Origin: Albugo candida
Lineage: Eukaryota
Assembly: GCA_040437565.1 (NCBI GenBank)
Contig: JBDOQK010000065.1
Location: 1-64,000 of the forward strand
DNA length: 64,000 nucleotides
Reading direction: 5' to 3'
Shown here one piece after another: positions 14,397 through 24,697 of this stretch. The notes below the pieces were generated by a model that ran no database searches, had not been told where the DNA came from, and saw only the letters and a program-made list of their open reading frames with translations. Numbering within the stretch: position 1 is the first letter of the stretch; the number at the start of each line of letters is the position of its first letter. A program made the translations under genes and the position numbers.

Positions 14397-15150
14397 TCAA
14401 TATCCGATCCTCTGTTTGCGCTCGCTCAGGTGATGCCGCATGAATTTAAGTAACTGACGATTCATCACCTCCACCATTTTATTTTCCCACGGGCAATGCG
14501 CCGTGACGAAATGGTATCCAGCACCCAGCATTTTTTTGTGATTTCTCCATGACTTAGTTTTCGAAATGGGATTCTTCATCTGATAACCATCAGAGAACCA
14601 CACCATACCGCTTGAGCCAGTCCCCAGGAGCTGCTGGAGATCACCTCCGTGTTCGCCATTCTTGCTGGTATCAGCTCGTAGAATCCACTCATCCCATCTT
14701 TTGATACCAATACGTAACAGAATCCATGCAATCCCTTAGGCATGGTCAAGAGTCAAAGCGCAGTATTCCGTTCGGTTTGCTTGCTCGTACCGTCTCTCCC
14801 TAATGTCTTGGACACGTTTCTTTCGCCACCAAACAATGTAAGCAATTTTTGACAAACTCTTTCACATCTGACTCCATTGTCTTCCATACGACTTGTTCTG
14901 CTAGTATGCATAGTGGTGGTGTCTTACCACGATGGCCTGCTCAGCCAGCATGAACTAGGATACATAGCCTCTTTTGTAAGATAATAGCTGCATCCGGTAT
15001 CCATATACGCCTTTTTTATCAACCTATATGAATCTCTCGACATTCTTTACTATATCCCGAGAATTTAGGTGTTTGCGCGCTTTTTCCTGTAGCTCCCTGG
15101 TTTCATCCAAGAAACGCCATTCCAAATGTTCATTCTAGAGCGGAGAGATA
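14397..15150 (-). mobile_element. Ty3/gypsy integrase relic
   Basis: HHCC-type region (RLCILVHAG*AGHRG...FVKNCLHC) and core segment WFSD...GAGYHFVTAHCPWENKMVEVMNRQLL...LSE. Confidence 0.8.
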
Positions 15151-15449
15151 ACTTTGACCGTTGCTAATGCACAGCATTTCGATAATAAACGTCCCCATAT
15201 GCTCATTTCACCTGCCACATGCTCCACCGTAGGAATGTATCAGATACGATCAGAACCCCAGAAGACTGAAGAGCAGGCTGATTATTGCTTTGTGTCGTTC
15301 CACCGGTCATCGGCGGTGAAGCGTTGTTTTACGTGCCGAAGAACCACTATAGGGGGCTACAAAATCACTGGATATCTACATTATCACTAAATTTTTACGT
15401 GCAATCGCCATTTCAGAACTTGTTTTGGAAGTTTTCAAGGCGTCAATCG

Positions 15450-16308
15450 AAACGGTTGCAGAGAATGACACAGAATAGACTCATGTAACAGGATTCAAGC
15501 TGTGCCCCAGAGGGTTCTTTACGATCACCAGTACTATTCCTCAACACGTCATCCTCAATCAATATAGGGAATTTATCAAAAGATTCATCTAAGGGTCGCC
15601 TTCCGGTGGATGTTTGGCCCCCTCCAAATCATAAAATATCTCCGGATATCGATGGTTTATCCCAGGCCGTCTATTCGGACTAATTGCAATCGGATTCTCT
15701 CCCACAAATATGGTCAAGATATAGCAATATAGCGTTGGCCCATTCTGTATGCGAAAAGGCAAAATCAGGTTGAATGTTAGACTATCTACTTCAACAAACA
15801 GAAGTTGTTTTCGTGTACACTGACGAATCAACCATAAGAGGTTATGTTTTGGATGCGTTAGACATCATTGCTCATTCTCAAATCTTGTGTTGGAAAGAAT
15901 TGTGTGGGTCTGAATTATGATACGCGTCGAACTCAACCTGAGCGTCCTGTTGAACTTTGGAAACTGACAGGAGAAGACATCTTTTCCAGATAAACGCGGT
16001 CCCAGAAACAATCATGTAGATCAAGGAATACATCGAAGCAGTGTGTTTTGAAGAGCTGGATAACTCCACCCGACATAAAAAAAAGTTTTCTTGAGTAAGT
16101 GTTTATCTTAGCAATTGTAGTGGTGGTGTGAACCCGATAGGATAGCTCTGGTATGGTAACCCTAGGATTATGTCTCGTCGCGAATGGTTTCTTATTCTGA
16201 CGTACGAAAAGAACTCCATGCAAGGCGATTTGACTGCCCCGTTTTTCGCTTACTATGTAGTAGATCCAGAAGTGGTATAATGAGGCAAAATCCCATCGTG
16301 AGGAGCAT
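15450..16308 (-). pseudogene. Decayed putative secreted protein
   Basis: Hydrophobic start MLLTMGFCLIIPLLDLLHS at ATG 16308, followed by frame-broken ORFs 15933-16223 and 15589-15831. Confidence 0.25.
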
Positions 16309-17086
16309 ATGAATATGATGAGAAATTACACTCTGTCATAATTAGAATTCCTACCCGAAAAGCCCAAGGAACTTCTCTGTGAGTGCGAACTTCGGGAATG
16401 CCTTCAACAGTAGATGAAACTTTCTGACTCTTTCTTTCACATCTTCAGGTTCGAATGTGTTGCGTGTCTACCGAAAAATTAGGAGCTCGGACGTCTTTTT
16501 ATTCTGGATGATTTTTAGAACGTAAAGAGCTTTGATGTCGATTCGTTACCCATCTTTTCTCTCCAGCATGCAATCTCAAGAAAAACTTTCCATATCAGGC
16601 TAAATAAAGCATAGGAAGATGGAGAAGGATTCCTCATGTGTATTACATACAAAGAGCTTGAATATTTTATCATAAGAGTTGTTGGAATGACTGTAGGCAA
16701 CACATATAGAGCTAGTCTAGTGTTGGCGAGGGCAAGAGAGCTGATTACATCATCATCTAATCTTGTTTCTATCTAGTTTTTGATTAATAGGATGGTGACC
16801 ATGCAGTCAGTATATTCTGAAAATTAGTACAATGAACAAGTGACGTTTGACTTTCGGACACCCATTTTCTAATTCACCAGCCTAGTTTGGTAAGACAGTT
16901 CCGGGCATATACATCGAGTATATCCATGACATTGACTTGTAATGCCAAATACACAACCATTGCTCTTCAAGAAAGCTAATGCGTGGCATAGAGAGAGGTA
17001 CTAAAATCTCGGCAAGTTATTTTATATTGTATATGTCTTTAAAACAAGTAGTAAGCTTTCGACTTTTGCAGACACTTCCATTACTT

Positions 17087-17890
17087 TCATGTCAAATAAT
17101 CGAGCATGTTCAAGCCCTGCACGTTGTTTGATAGCCTAAGAGACAATGCAACTCTACTATGGCATAAGTAATACGTAGTGCTGTCGTTTATTTTCCCTTT
17201 GGTTTTCTGTGTCTTGAGAGTATCCAAAGGTGCTTTTAAAGCTTTCACCTCGATCCCACAACGAATCGTCGATAACACATCCGTTCTTGCCAGTAATTCG
17301 TTTTGGGTGATTAAGATCCCCCAGATTTTTCCACAACATTCAAACAATTTTATTGCTATCATGTATTGTTTCACATCTTGCCCACTTCCGGAAATCTTTT
17401 GCGGCTTTATCACGAATACATGAAACACTTCAATCTAAGTCTCTTTGTTCAAGACCGTAGCAATCTGTTTGCTTCTCTGAGCATTCATCAAGTGGTGCAA
17501 ATCTCTTTCCGCTGCTGTGGAGATTTTATTTTTCAGCCTGGGGCAAAAGCCTCAATAGATTTTTCTTGTCCTAAATATTTATAACTCAGATGCTAAAGCC
17601 AAGGGGTTCCTAATGGTAGCCAAGTTTAAAATGTTTTTGATGCCACTCGATGCTGAATTATCGTCACACCACGTCATTTCGGCAGTGTATGTATCAAATC
17701 ATCTTAAACTGCAAAATTCCCTGTCACACATGCCGATTCAGTGACCAGCCCGATGCAATTCATGAGAGGTATTTCATAGGCACTTAAATAAACGGGATCG
17801 AGGTATGATATGTCCATCTCAGCCACATGATGTCCCCAAGCCAAGAATGCAAGAAGCAAGAAAAATCGAATAGATACAGAAATACGGTCC
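17087..17890 (-). pseudogene. Decayed secreted protein with CHxC/CCG-like remnant
   Basis: Signal-like ISVSIRFFLLLAFLAWGHHVA (start codon lost), then MNCIGLVTESACV. Continues as broken ORFs to ~17087. Confidence 0.3.
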
Positions 17891-18206
17891 AACTTTCCCA
17901 ATACCGTTTGTAGTAAAGCGATCACCTTCTACGGTCACCTTCTACGGTATCATTGCTTCTTATTAGTATTGATTGTCAAAGATTTCATTACACTGTTTAT
18001 CTGGTTTTTTAACTACCTTCCTTATCCTATCATGAGTCCCTGACCGTGTGAATATCACTTAAGTCTGACTTCAAACCTAGGGAGGCAGATATTTTCCAAG
18101 CTTATTNNNNNNNNNNNNNNNNNNNNNNNNNNNNNNNNNNNNNNNNNNNNNNNNNNNNNNNNNNNNNNNNNNNNNNNNNNNNNNNNNNNNNNNNNNNNNN
18201 NNNNNN

Positions 18207-18269
18207 GAACTAACGACCTCCGGCAGGGGGTCCGTGCGCTCAAGTGGTTAACCGACTGAGCTGGGTATG
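18207..18269 (-). mobile_element. tRNA-like element (pseudo-tRNA or SINE head), interrupted by a SINE and truncated by a gap
   Basis: The reverse complement reads cataccc-agctcagtcggt-taaccactt-gagcg...gaggtcgttagttc: A-box/D-arm plus the start of a B box. Confidence 0.6.
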
Positions 18270-18585
18270 TTAGACCCCGTCGGGGGGCCTAGCGGTTAGC
18301 ACACATCTGTTCCGACCGTGTTTACCCCGGTTCGAATCCCGGCGGTGGCAAAAGGGCTGCGATGGGGCCCCTCGGCGGAGGCAAATCTCCACGTAAATAT
18401 CAACCTACTCAATGAAGTTATGGACGTGTCAAGACCGCTGGCAACTATACCAGAAAATAACTGTACAGGAGTTGGACCGGGCTCTTCATAGCGTCACATA
18501 CTAGTTATTAGAATAGAGTAGATAACCACCAAACTGTAGTAACAGAAAAGTGTCTAAATAAAAGTGCTACGGGCGAACACCCTTA
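18270..18585 (+). mobile_element. tRNA-derived SINE (~316 bp) with 15-bp target-site duplication
   Basis: tRNA-like head at ~18277-18349 with A box ggcctagcgg, B box ggttcgaatcc, T-stem ccgg/ccgg and a degenerate anticodon arm. Flanked by identical actgagctgggtatg at 18255-18269 and 18586-18600. Confidence 0.8.
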
Positions 18586-18947
18586 ACTGAGCTGGGTATG
18601 CACCCCACATTACTTCTTATTAGAAAGAATGAGACAAATCAGACAGAACGTACCGTAAACTCCAGTGCCTACTACCCCGCGAGAGACTACACCATAATTC
18701 TGCATAAGTGCAGCTGGGCTCTCTTCCGTTGAAAAATTATTGAGCACATTCTTCCTAATCAAGCTACCAACCTGTTGATTTACTTCTGGTTTCAAATATA
18801 GATTTTTTGTGAATATCTAGCGAAGATGACAGTACGAGTGCGTCGCTCATCCAACGGATCTTTTCTTAAAGCGAAAATTCAAAGTAGTATGCCTAAGAGT
18901 TTATTTCTGCTCGTGCACTTTAGTAGTCTTCGAAATCTCTAAAAATA

Positions 18948-19477
18948 CTAATTGCTAGTACTGGCAATCGAGATTGATATGAAACTCGATTGAATAAAAA
19001 TGAGTTTATTTGCAATTGTTAGCCTCATCACAAAGAATGAAGAAAGAAACGCACGCTCGTCGTCTGGTAAGGCGAACGTTTTCGTCTCCGAATATGCTGC
19101 ATGCATTAAAAGTATGCCACTTGTACGTATACAAATGGAGTGCATTGAAATGTACATTTTGGGTTTGGAAGGGAATATGTTCCCATTTTCCGGAACATTT
19201 GAATTTGTTTTGATTTTCCGTCTGTATTCAGCAAATCGATCCTCACACATTTTATTTGCAATATTCCCGGAAGAAGATTTACGATGAGCGAGATTTATTA
19301 CGCATTCCTTCTTAAAATCTTGACGTCGGTGTTGAATCAGCTTTGATGCCCCACAGGAATTTTTTTGTGGAGCTTCACTTCGTGCCTCTGGTAAAGTTCA
19401 TGAACTCTGGAATCTTCCGCATTCGGATGATGAGCATGTAGTACAAAAATGAAGAACGGAAACTTTGGATCGACCAT
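18948..19477 (-). pseudogene. Decayed putative secreted protein
   Basis: Start MVDPKFPFFIFVLHAHH at ATG 19477 with an upstream CTACTTTTCAA motif. Broken ORF 18948-19250 downstream. Confidence 0.25.
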
Positions 19478-22400
19478 GAGCGTTGTTGTGCTGGAAAATT
19501 GAAAAGTAGACAGCTTGCAAAGTAAAATGCTGTAGCAAATATAGAACGATCCTACCTTTTGTACACTAATAGCGTAATAAAAAACCTTTTACTCGCCAGA
19601 AGTATTAGTCGTGAGGTTCTGCTCGGACTTGCTAGAATGGCGTTGCGTGTATAGCATCAAACCTATATCTTGCTTGAGGGAAATAAACATCGAAGTGGTA
19701 CGCCATTCTGAAGGTAGAGCGAAAATGATCTTGTTCCGCGGCAAATCGGCATCATCGTGCATCATCGGAGTTACATGAGCTTATGGCAATAAAACCCACC
19801 ACATATTCGGAAGAAGAGAGGTATGTTTTTTGGAGGGTGGTGTCAGTCAAATGCATCACGTACTGCTGGCATCCTGGACCATCATCCGCTAACACTCTTG
19901 ACCCCACAAAGCCTTGACGAGTTTCCATTGTACTACGAAATAACGCTCCACTTTACGACTCTGTGAAGATCTTGAGTGAGTGACACCAATTCTTGAACCA
20001 ATTTGAAACCGCGGACTTGGACACTTGTCATTTCTGTGTGTACAATGTTTCGATGCCACCACTTTGTACCTCTGACGCATTAGCTCTCGAGTAAGTAGTA
20101 CATTTGTAATGCAGCTCAATTTTTTTCACGCAACATGTGACATCGCGCGTTATTGTTTGATTCAAATTGCAAAAAGAATGCAATCGACACAATTACATAA
20201 GACGGATTGGATTCAAATTCGTTGGGGAATGCGATAAGTTTACAACAATGTGCCAATGTACCTCGAGATACCACGAACAGAGGAAGGAACGCGTCATAAA
20301 GAGTCTGACATCATTTTGGCAAAAATCCCACTCACACTGTTTGACTCAGGAGTGCTCTCTTGTAGTAAAGCATATGTGGGTGATAGCTTTTCAGGCACAT
20401 GTTGTCCGGTTTCAAAATCCAATCCCCAAGGTTTGAACTCGTAGCGTGCTCCTACGCTTTTGCTTTTGCAGGAGATAAACTACACAATTTCAGCGGTGTC
20501 AGAATCTTCACCCTTCGGATCAAGATGGACAGACATATCCATCACAAAGTTCTTTATTGTTATCTGATGCTGTTCAATTCGCGCTGTATTATTCTCTGCA
20601 TGAAACAGACGCATTATCGTTGGAATAGCAAGTTTGAGTCGCCTTTGTGGAAAGCCGATAGACGAACCCATAGACTGATCCACCGCAATTTCCAAATGTT
20701 TTTTCACTATATTTCGGTGAATCGTCTATTCTTTGATCGCTACCTTCATCCAGCACTGTCTCTTCTTTGTTGTATTTGATCCTATAACGACTGCAATGCT
20801 CCATTCGATTCGCCATATTCCAAGTTTGTGCAATAAAATCTGCATCAGTATCGTTTGTCAGTTGTATCACGCGTTCTTCGTATCATTTTACCGCAGCCCC
20901 GTCCTACAAGTATGGTGGGAATATTCCCACAAACTCTACAATCGCAGGCTTATTCAGCCCTTCCGCGAGCGGACGCTTCTTCTGATCATCTTTGTACACC
21001 ATAATCTCTTTCTTCTCAAATATCAAAAAACCATCGAGATTCAAGGTCCGAATGTATTTGAGCCCAATCCATGCCACCGATTCAAGTTTGTGACAGTCCA
21101 CAGTGAATGATCTGACTTGTACCGATCATTAGTCACTAATTCGACAGATAAGGTCGTAAGGAGGAACAGTGTAATAGACTGATTTTGTTTGAATCGAAGA
21201 CGTTAGGCTTTTCATCGGTTCGATGGGGTAAGCATCGTTGGTGTCANNNNNNNNNNNNNNNNNNNNNNNNNNNNNNNNNNNNNNNNNNNNNNNNNNNNNN
21301 NNNNNNNNNNNNNNNNNNNNNNNNNNNNNNNNNNNNNNNNNNNNNNGTATCACGCGTTCTTCGTATCATTTTACCGCAGCCCCGTCCTACAAGTATGGTG
21401 GGAATATTCCCAGAAGCTCTACAATCGCAGGCTTATTCAGCCCTTCCGCGAGCGGACGCTTCTTCTGATCATCTTTGTACACCATAATCTCTTTCTTCTC
21501 AAATATCAAAAAACCATCGAGATTCAAGGTCCGAATGTATTTGAGCCCAATCCATGCCACCGATTCAAGTTTGTGACAGTCCACAGTGAATGATCTGACT
21601 TGTACCGATCATTAGTCACTAATTCGACAGATAAGGTCGTAAGGAGGAACAGTGTAATAGACTGATTTTGTTTGAATCGAAGACGTTAGGCTTTTCATCG
21701 GTTCGATGGGGTAAGCATCGTTGGTGTCACGCATCAGCGATGACAAGAATTTGTCATGTCTCACAAATTTGGTCGGTTCTCGAGGTTTACTTGAGAGAAT
21801 CCATTCTCTTGCCCTAATATACTTTCGTTTATCGTCGGCAACAAGGATGTCAATAACGTCACCATTTTGTAGTTGCAGTGATTTTGCAGCAGTATCTCGA
21901 GTGTCCTCAGAGTCGAGTACTCGACAGACGTATAGAATCTGTCGAGCGGATTGCTCTTCAGTATGCTTTGTAATACGATTCTTCGTATCAGCCAAATTTC
22001 TTGTAAGGGAGAAGCCAAGCGAGAATGGAATATTATCTGCGCCATACTGAGTCGCATTCGGCCATTCGGGAATAGCATCTAAAACGATCGCCGAAACCTT
22101 TTCGATAATCCTATTCGCATGCTTCACAGAATTGCTATTGTCGACAGGATCTTCGGAATCGTAAGCCTAGCGGAAGACAATGAACAGCATTTCTCACATG
22201 ACTCATCCTCGCAAATGTCGAAGCTGGAGCTGAGGTTGAATAGAGTATCTTGGTTTTGAGAGTTCTGAATAGCGGTCCAAGAAAGTAAGAGGCACAAAGC
22301 AAACGTCGAGGCGCGCTCTTGAAGTGGAAACACGATGCTAGTGATGGTTATTGACACTTCCACGTTTCAACACCACATCTTCAGCAAAAGAATGCCATCG

Positions 22401-23242
22401 AGACGATATCGAAAAGCAATTTGAGCCTACTTTTATCGGTTGATTGTCGAGTGCAGCTTGACGGTTTGATCCAGTAAGTCATCTCCATATGACCCTGACT
22501 CGTAAGAATTGATTTCGGGTGCAGCATTCAGCCCAGTCGGTTGGGCGTTGGAGGCCATACTGTTCTGACCAGGAGTATTCCCATATGTGTTACTGCCAAA
22601 GCTAGTGAACGCGGACGAAGCGGTACTTCCATGTGCACTTAATTTGAAACCAAAATCCAGAGTACTCGTACTCAGTTCAAAAGCTGATCCGCTGCCTTGT
22701 CCGAAACTGGCGGTGCCAAATCCCGAGCCAAAAGATCACGCTTTTCTACCTGAGCCACCTAAAATTTTAGAATTGCCAAATATTCAGTCGGATTCGTATT
22801 CGTATCCGTTGAACGGAACAGAACTCCAGACTTTGTGCCATTGAACAAGTTTTTTGTATTGTTTTTCGTCGCATTTGATTGACAGCCAAACCCTCAAAAG
22901 CTGTATTCGCTGGACCATACATTCACGATCTGCTTGTAAGAGGCGGTGCCGAGCCGAAAGGAGACGGTTGGGAAGCATCGATAGCGATAGATGTCTTTGT
23001 AATTAGAGGTTTGGCAGCATTATTTGCTTTAAACTTGAAAGCTGTGTTTCATGTCGTATTGCCAACAGGAGAATCGGAAGGGGGATTTATTGGTCGAACT
23101 CGTTGCTTCAAACTCATTTACAGAAGCTCCGCAAAAGAATCCAGTATTGTATCTGGAAGCAGGTGTCAACTTGTTGCGAAAGGACTTAGTGTCATATTTG
23201 GAAATAATTGGTGTGATATCAGTAATTCTGAACAGTTAATTG

Positions 23243-23997
23243 TCAGAGTGAAGATGATTGGTAAAATGTACATCCTAAAGGCTCATAACCTGAGAGTTTT
23301 TGTGCTTGTTCATCAGACAGATTACGAATTCCTTGGTCCGATTTATAGTGATACTTCACGAAAACCACTTCTCCATTTTCATTCACAATTTTAAACGTGT
23401 TGCTTCCATACCCATTCATAAACCGATAGCCGTCGGGAATACCACGACCAGAGAACAAAATCGTCTGTTGTTGCAACGATTCTGGAGTAAAGACAGAAAA
23501 TCCCAAAACAAATTATTGTCGCGCAAATGTGTCTGTGGATTTCGTTTCAAGGCGTGAATAAACGATGGAAACAGAATCGGGTCACGAATAAAGAACACTG
23601 GAGTATTATTGCCAACCAAGTCCCAATTGCCTTCCTCGGAATAGAATTTAACGGCAAAACCACGCACATCTCGGACAGTGTCGGGAGATCCTGATTCTAG
23701 TGCCACTTGAGAAAAGCGCACTGCAATTGGTGTCCGTTTGCCGACTTTCGAAAACATATTCGCCTTACAGTATTTTCGAATTGCATCGCTTGTGACCTCG
23801 AAATATCCAAATGCACCAGCCCCTTTTGCATGCACGACTCTTTCGGGTACTCGCTCGCGATCGAAATGCGCCAACGTATCCAAGAGTGCAAAATCTTCAA
23901 GTAGAATAGGACCTCTTGGTCCAGCGGTGACGGAAGCCGTGAGCCCATTTCGGGGTACCGGCTGGCCGTTGCTCGTCGTTAGCGTTGGCGGCGTCAT
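23243..23997 (-). pseudogene. CAT: Monofunctional heme catalase, N-terminal half only, with a 1-bp frameshift near 23490
   Basis: [11 protein letters not shown]...[20 protein letters not shown]...RFSQV...[32 protein letters not shown], then a frame change to [32 protein letters not shown]. Similarity ends near 23280. Confidence 0.92.
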
Positions 23998-24444
23998 GTA
24001 TGCTATAGTGTAGCAATTGAAAAATGGCCGGACAACCTGACCGCTACCAGATATCTCAAAACTGCGACATTTCTGTTTTCTTATTAAAGAGAATCTTCCT
24101 GGCGACTGAAGCCACAAATGTCTCATTAGTGCGATGGAAAGAAACTGAAGTTCTCGACGTTTGGGTAACCGGAAGCCCTTTTACGATCGAAATGACTTGT
24201 CAGCTAACAACGCCGAGCAACATGTCACAAAGAAGCATAGATTTTATTGAGTATGCTACCCTTTTAAAATACGCGATATGTGGGGAATCTATAATGTGAG
24301 CTCATTTACGCTGTCGATGTTGCGTCTCAATGTACTCACTGAGANNNNNNNNNNNNNNNNNNNNNNNNNNNNNNNNNNNNNNNNNNNNNNNNNNNNNNNN
24401 NNNNNNNNNNNNNNNNNNNNNNNNNNNNNNNNNNNNNNNNNNNN

Positions 24445-24697
24445 CCGTTTGCCGACTTTCGAAAACATATTCGCCTTACAGTATTTTCGAATTGCATCGC
24501 TTGTGACCTCGAAATATCCAAATGCACCAGCCCCTTTTGCATGCACGACTCTTTCGGGTACTCGCTCGCGATCGAAATGCGCCAACGCTAACGACGAGCA
24601 ACGGCCAGCCGATACCCTGAAATGGGCTCACGGCTTCCGTCACCGCTGGACCAAGAGGTCCTATTCTACTTGAAGATTTTGCACTCTTGGATACGTT
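24445..24697. pseudogene. CAT: Second catalase fragment with inverted 5' segment
   Basis: 24445-24587 repeats 23734-23876 (minus strand). 24588-24697 is the catalase 5' end on the plus strand ([35 protein letters not shown]). Nup98 resumes at 24698. Confidence 0.9.

Noticed and set aside
18277..18349. Functional tRNA gene
   Set aside because: The anticodon arm and acceptor stem are degenerate, and it heads a TSD-flanked element.
20865..21729. Apparent tandem duplication of the Nup98 autopeptidase domain
   Set aside because: Flanks a gap and differs at only about 2 positions; most likely unmerged alleles or overlap.
23416..24126. Intact catalase gene
   Set aside because: Frameshift, only the N-terminal half is present, and the ORF-track N-terminal extension is spurious (ATG at 23997).
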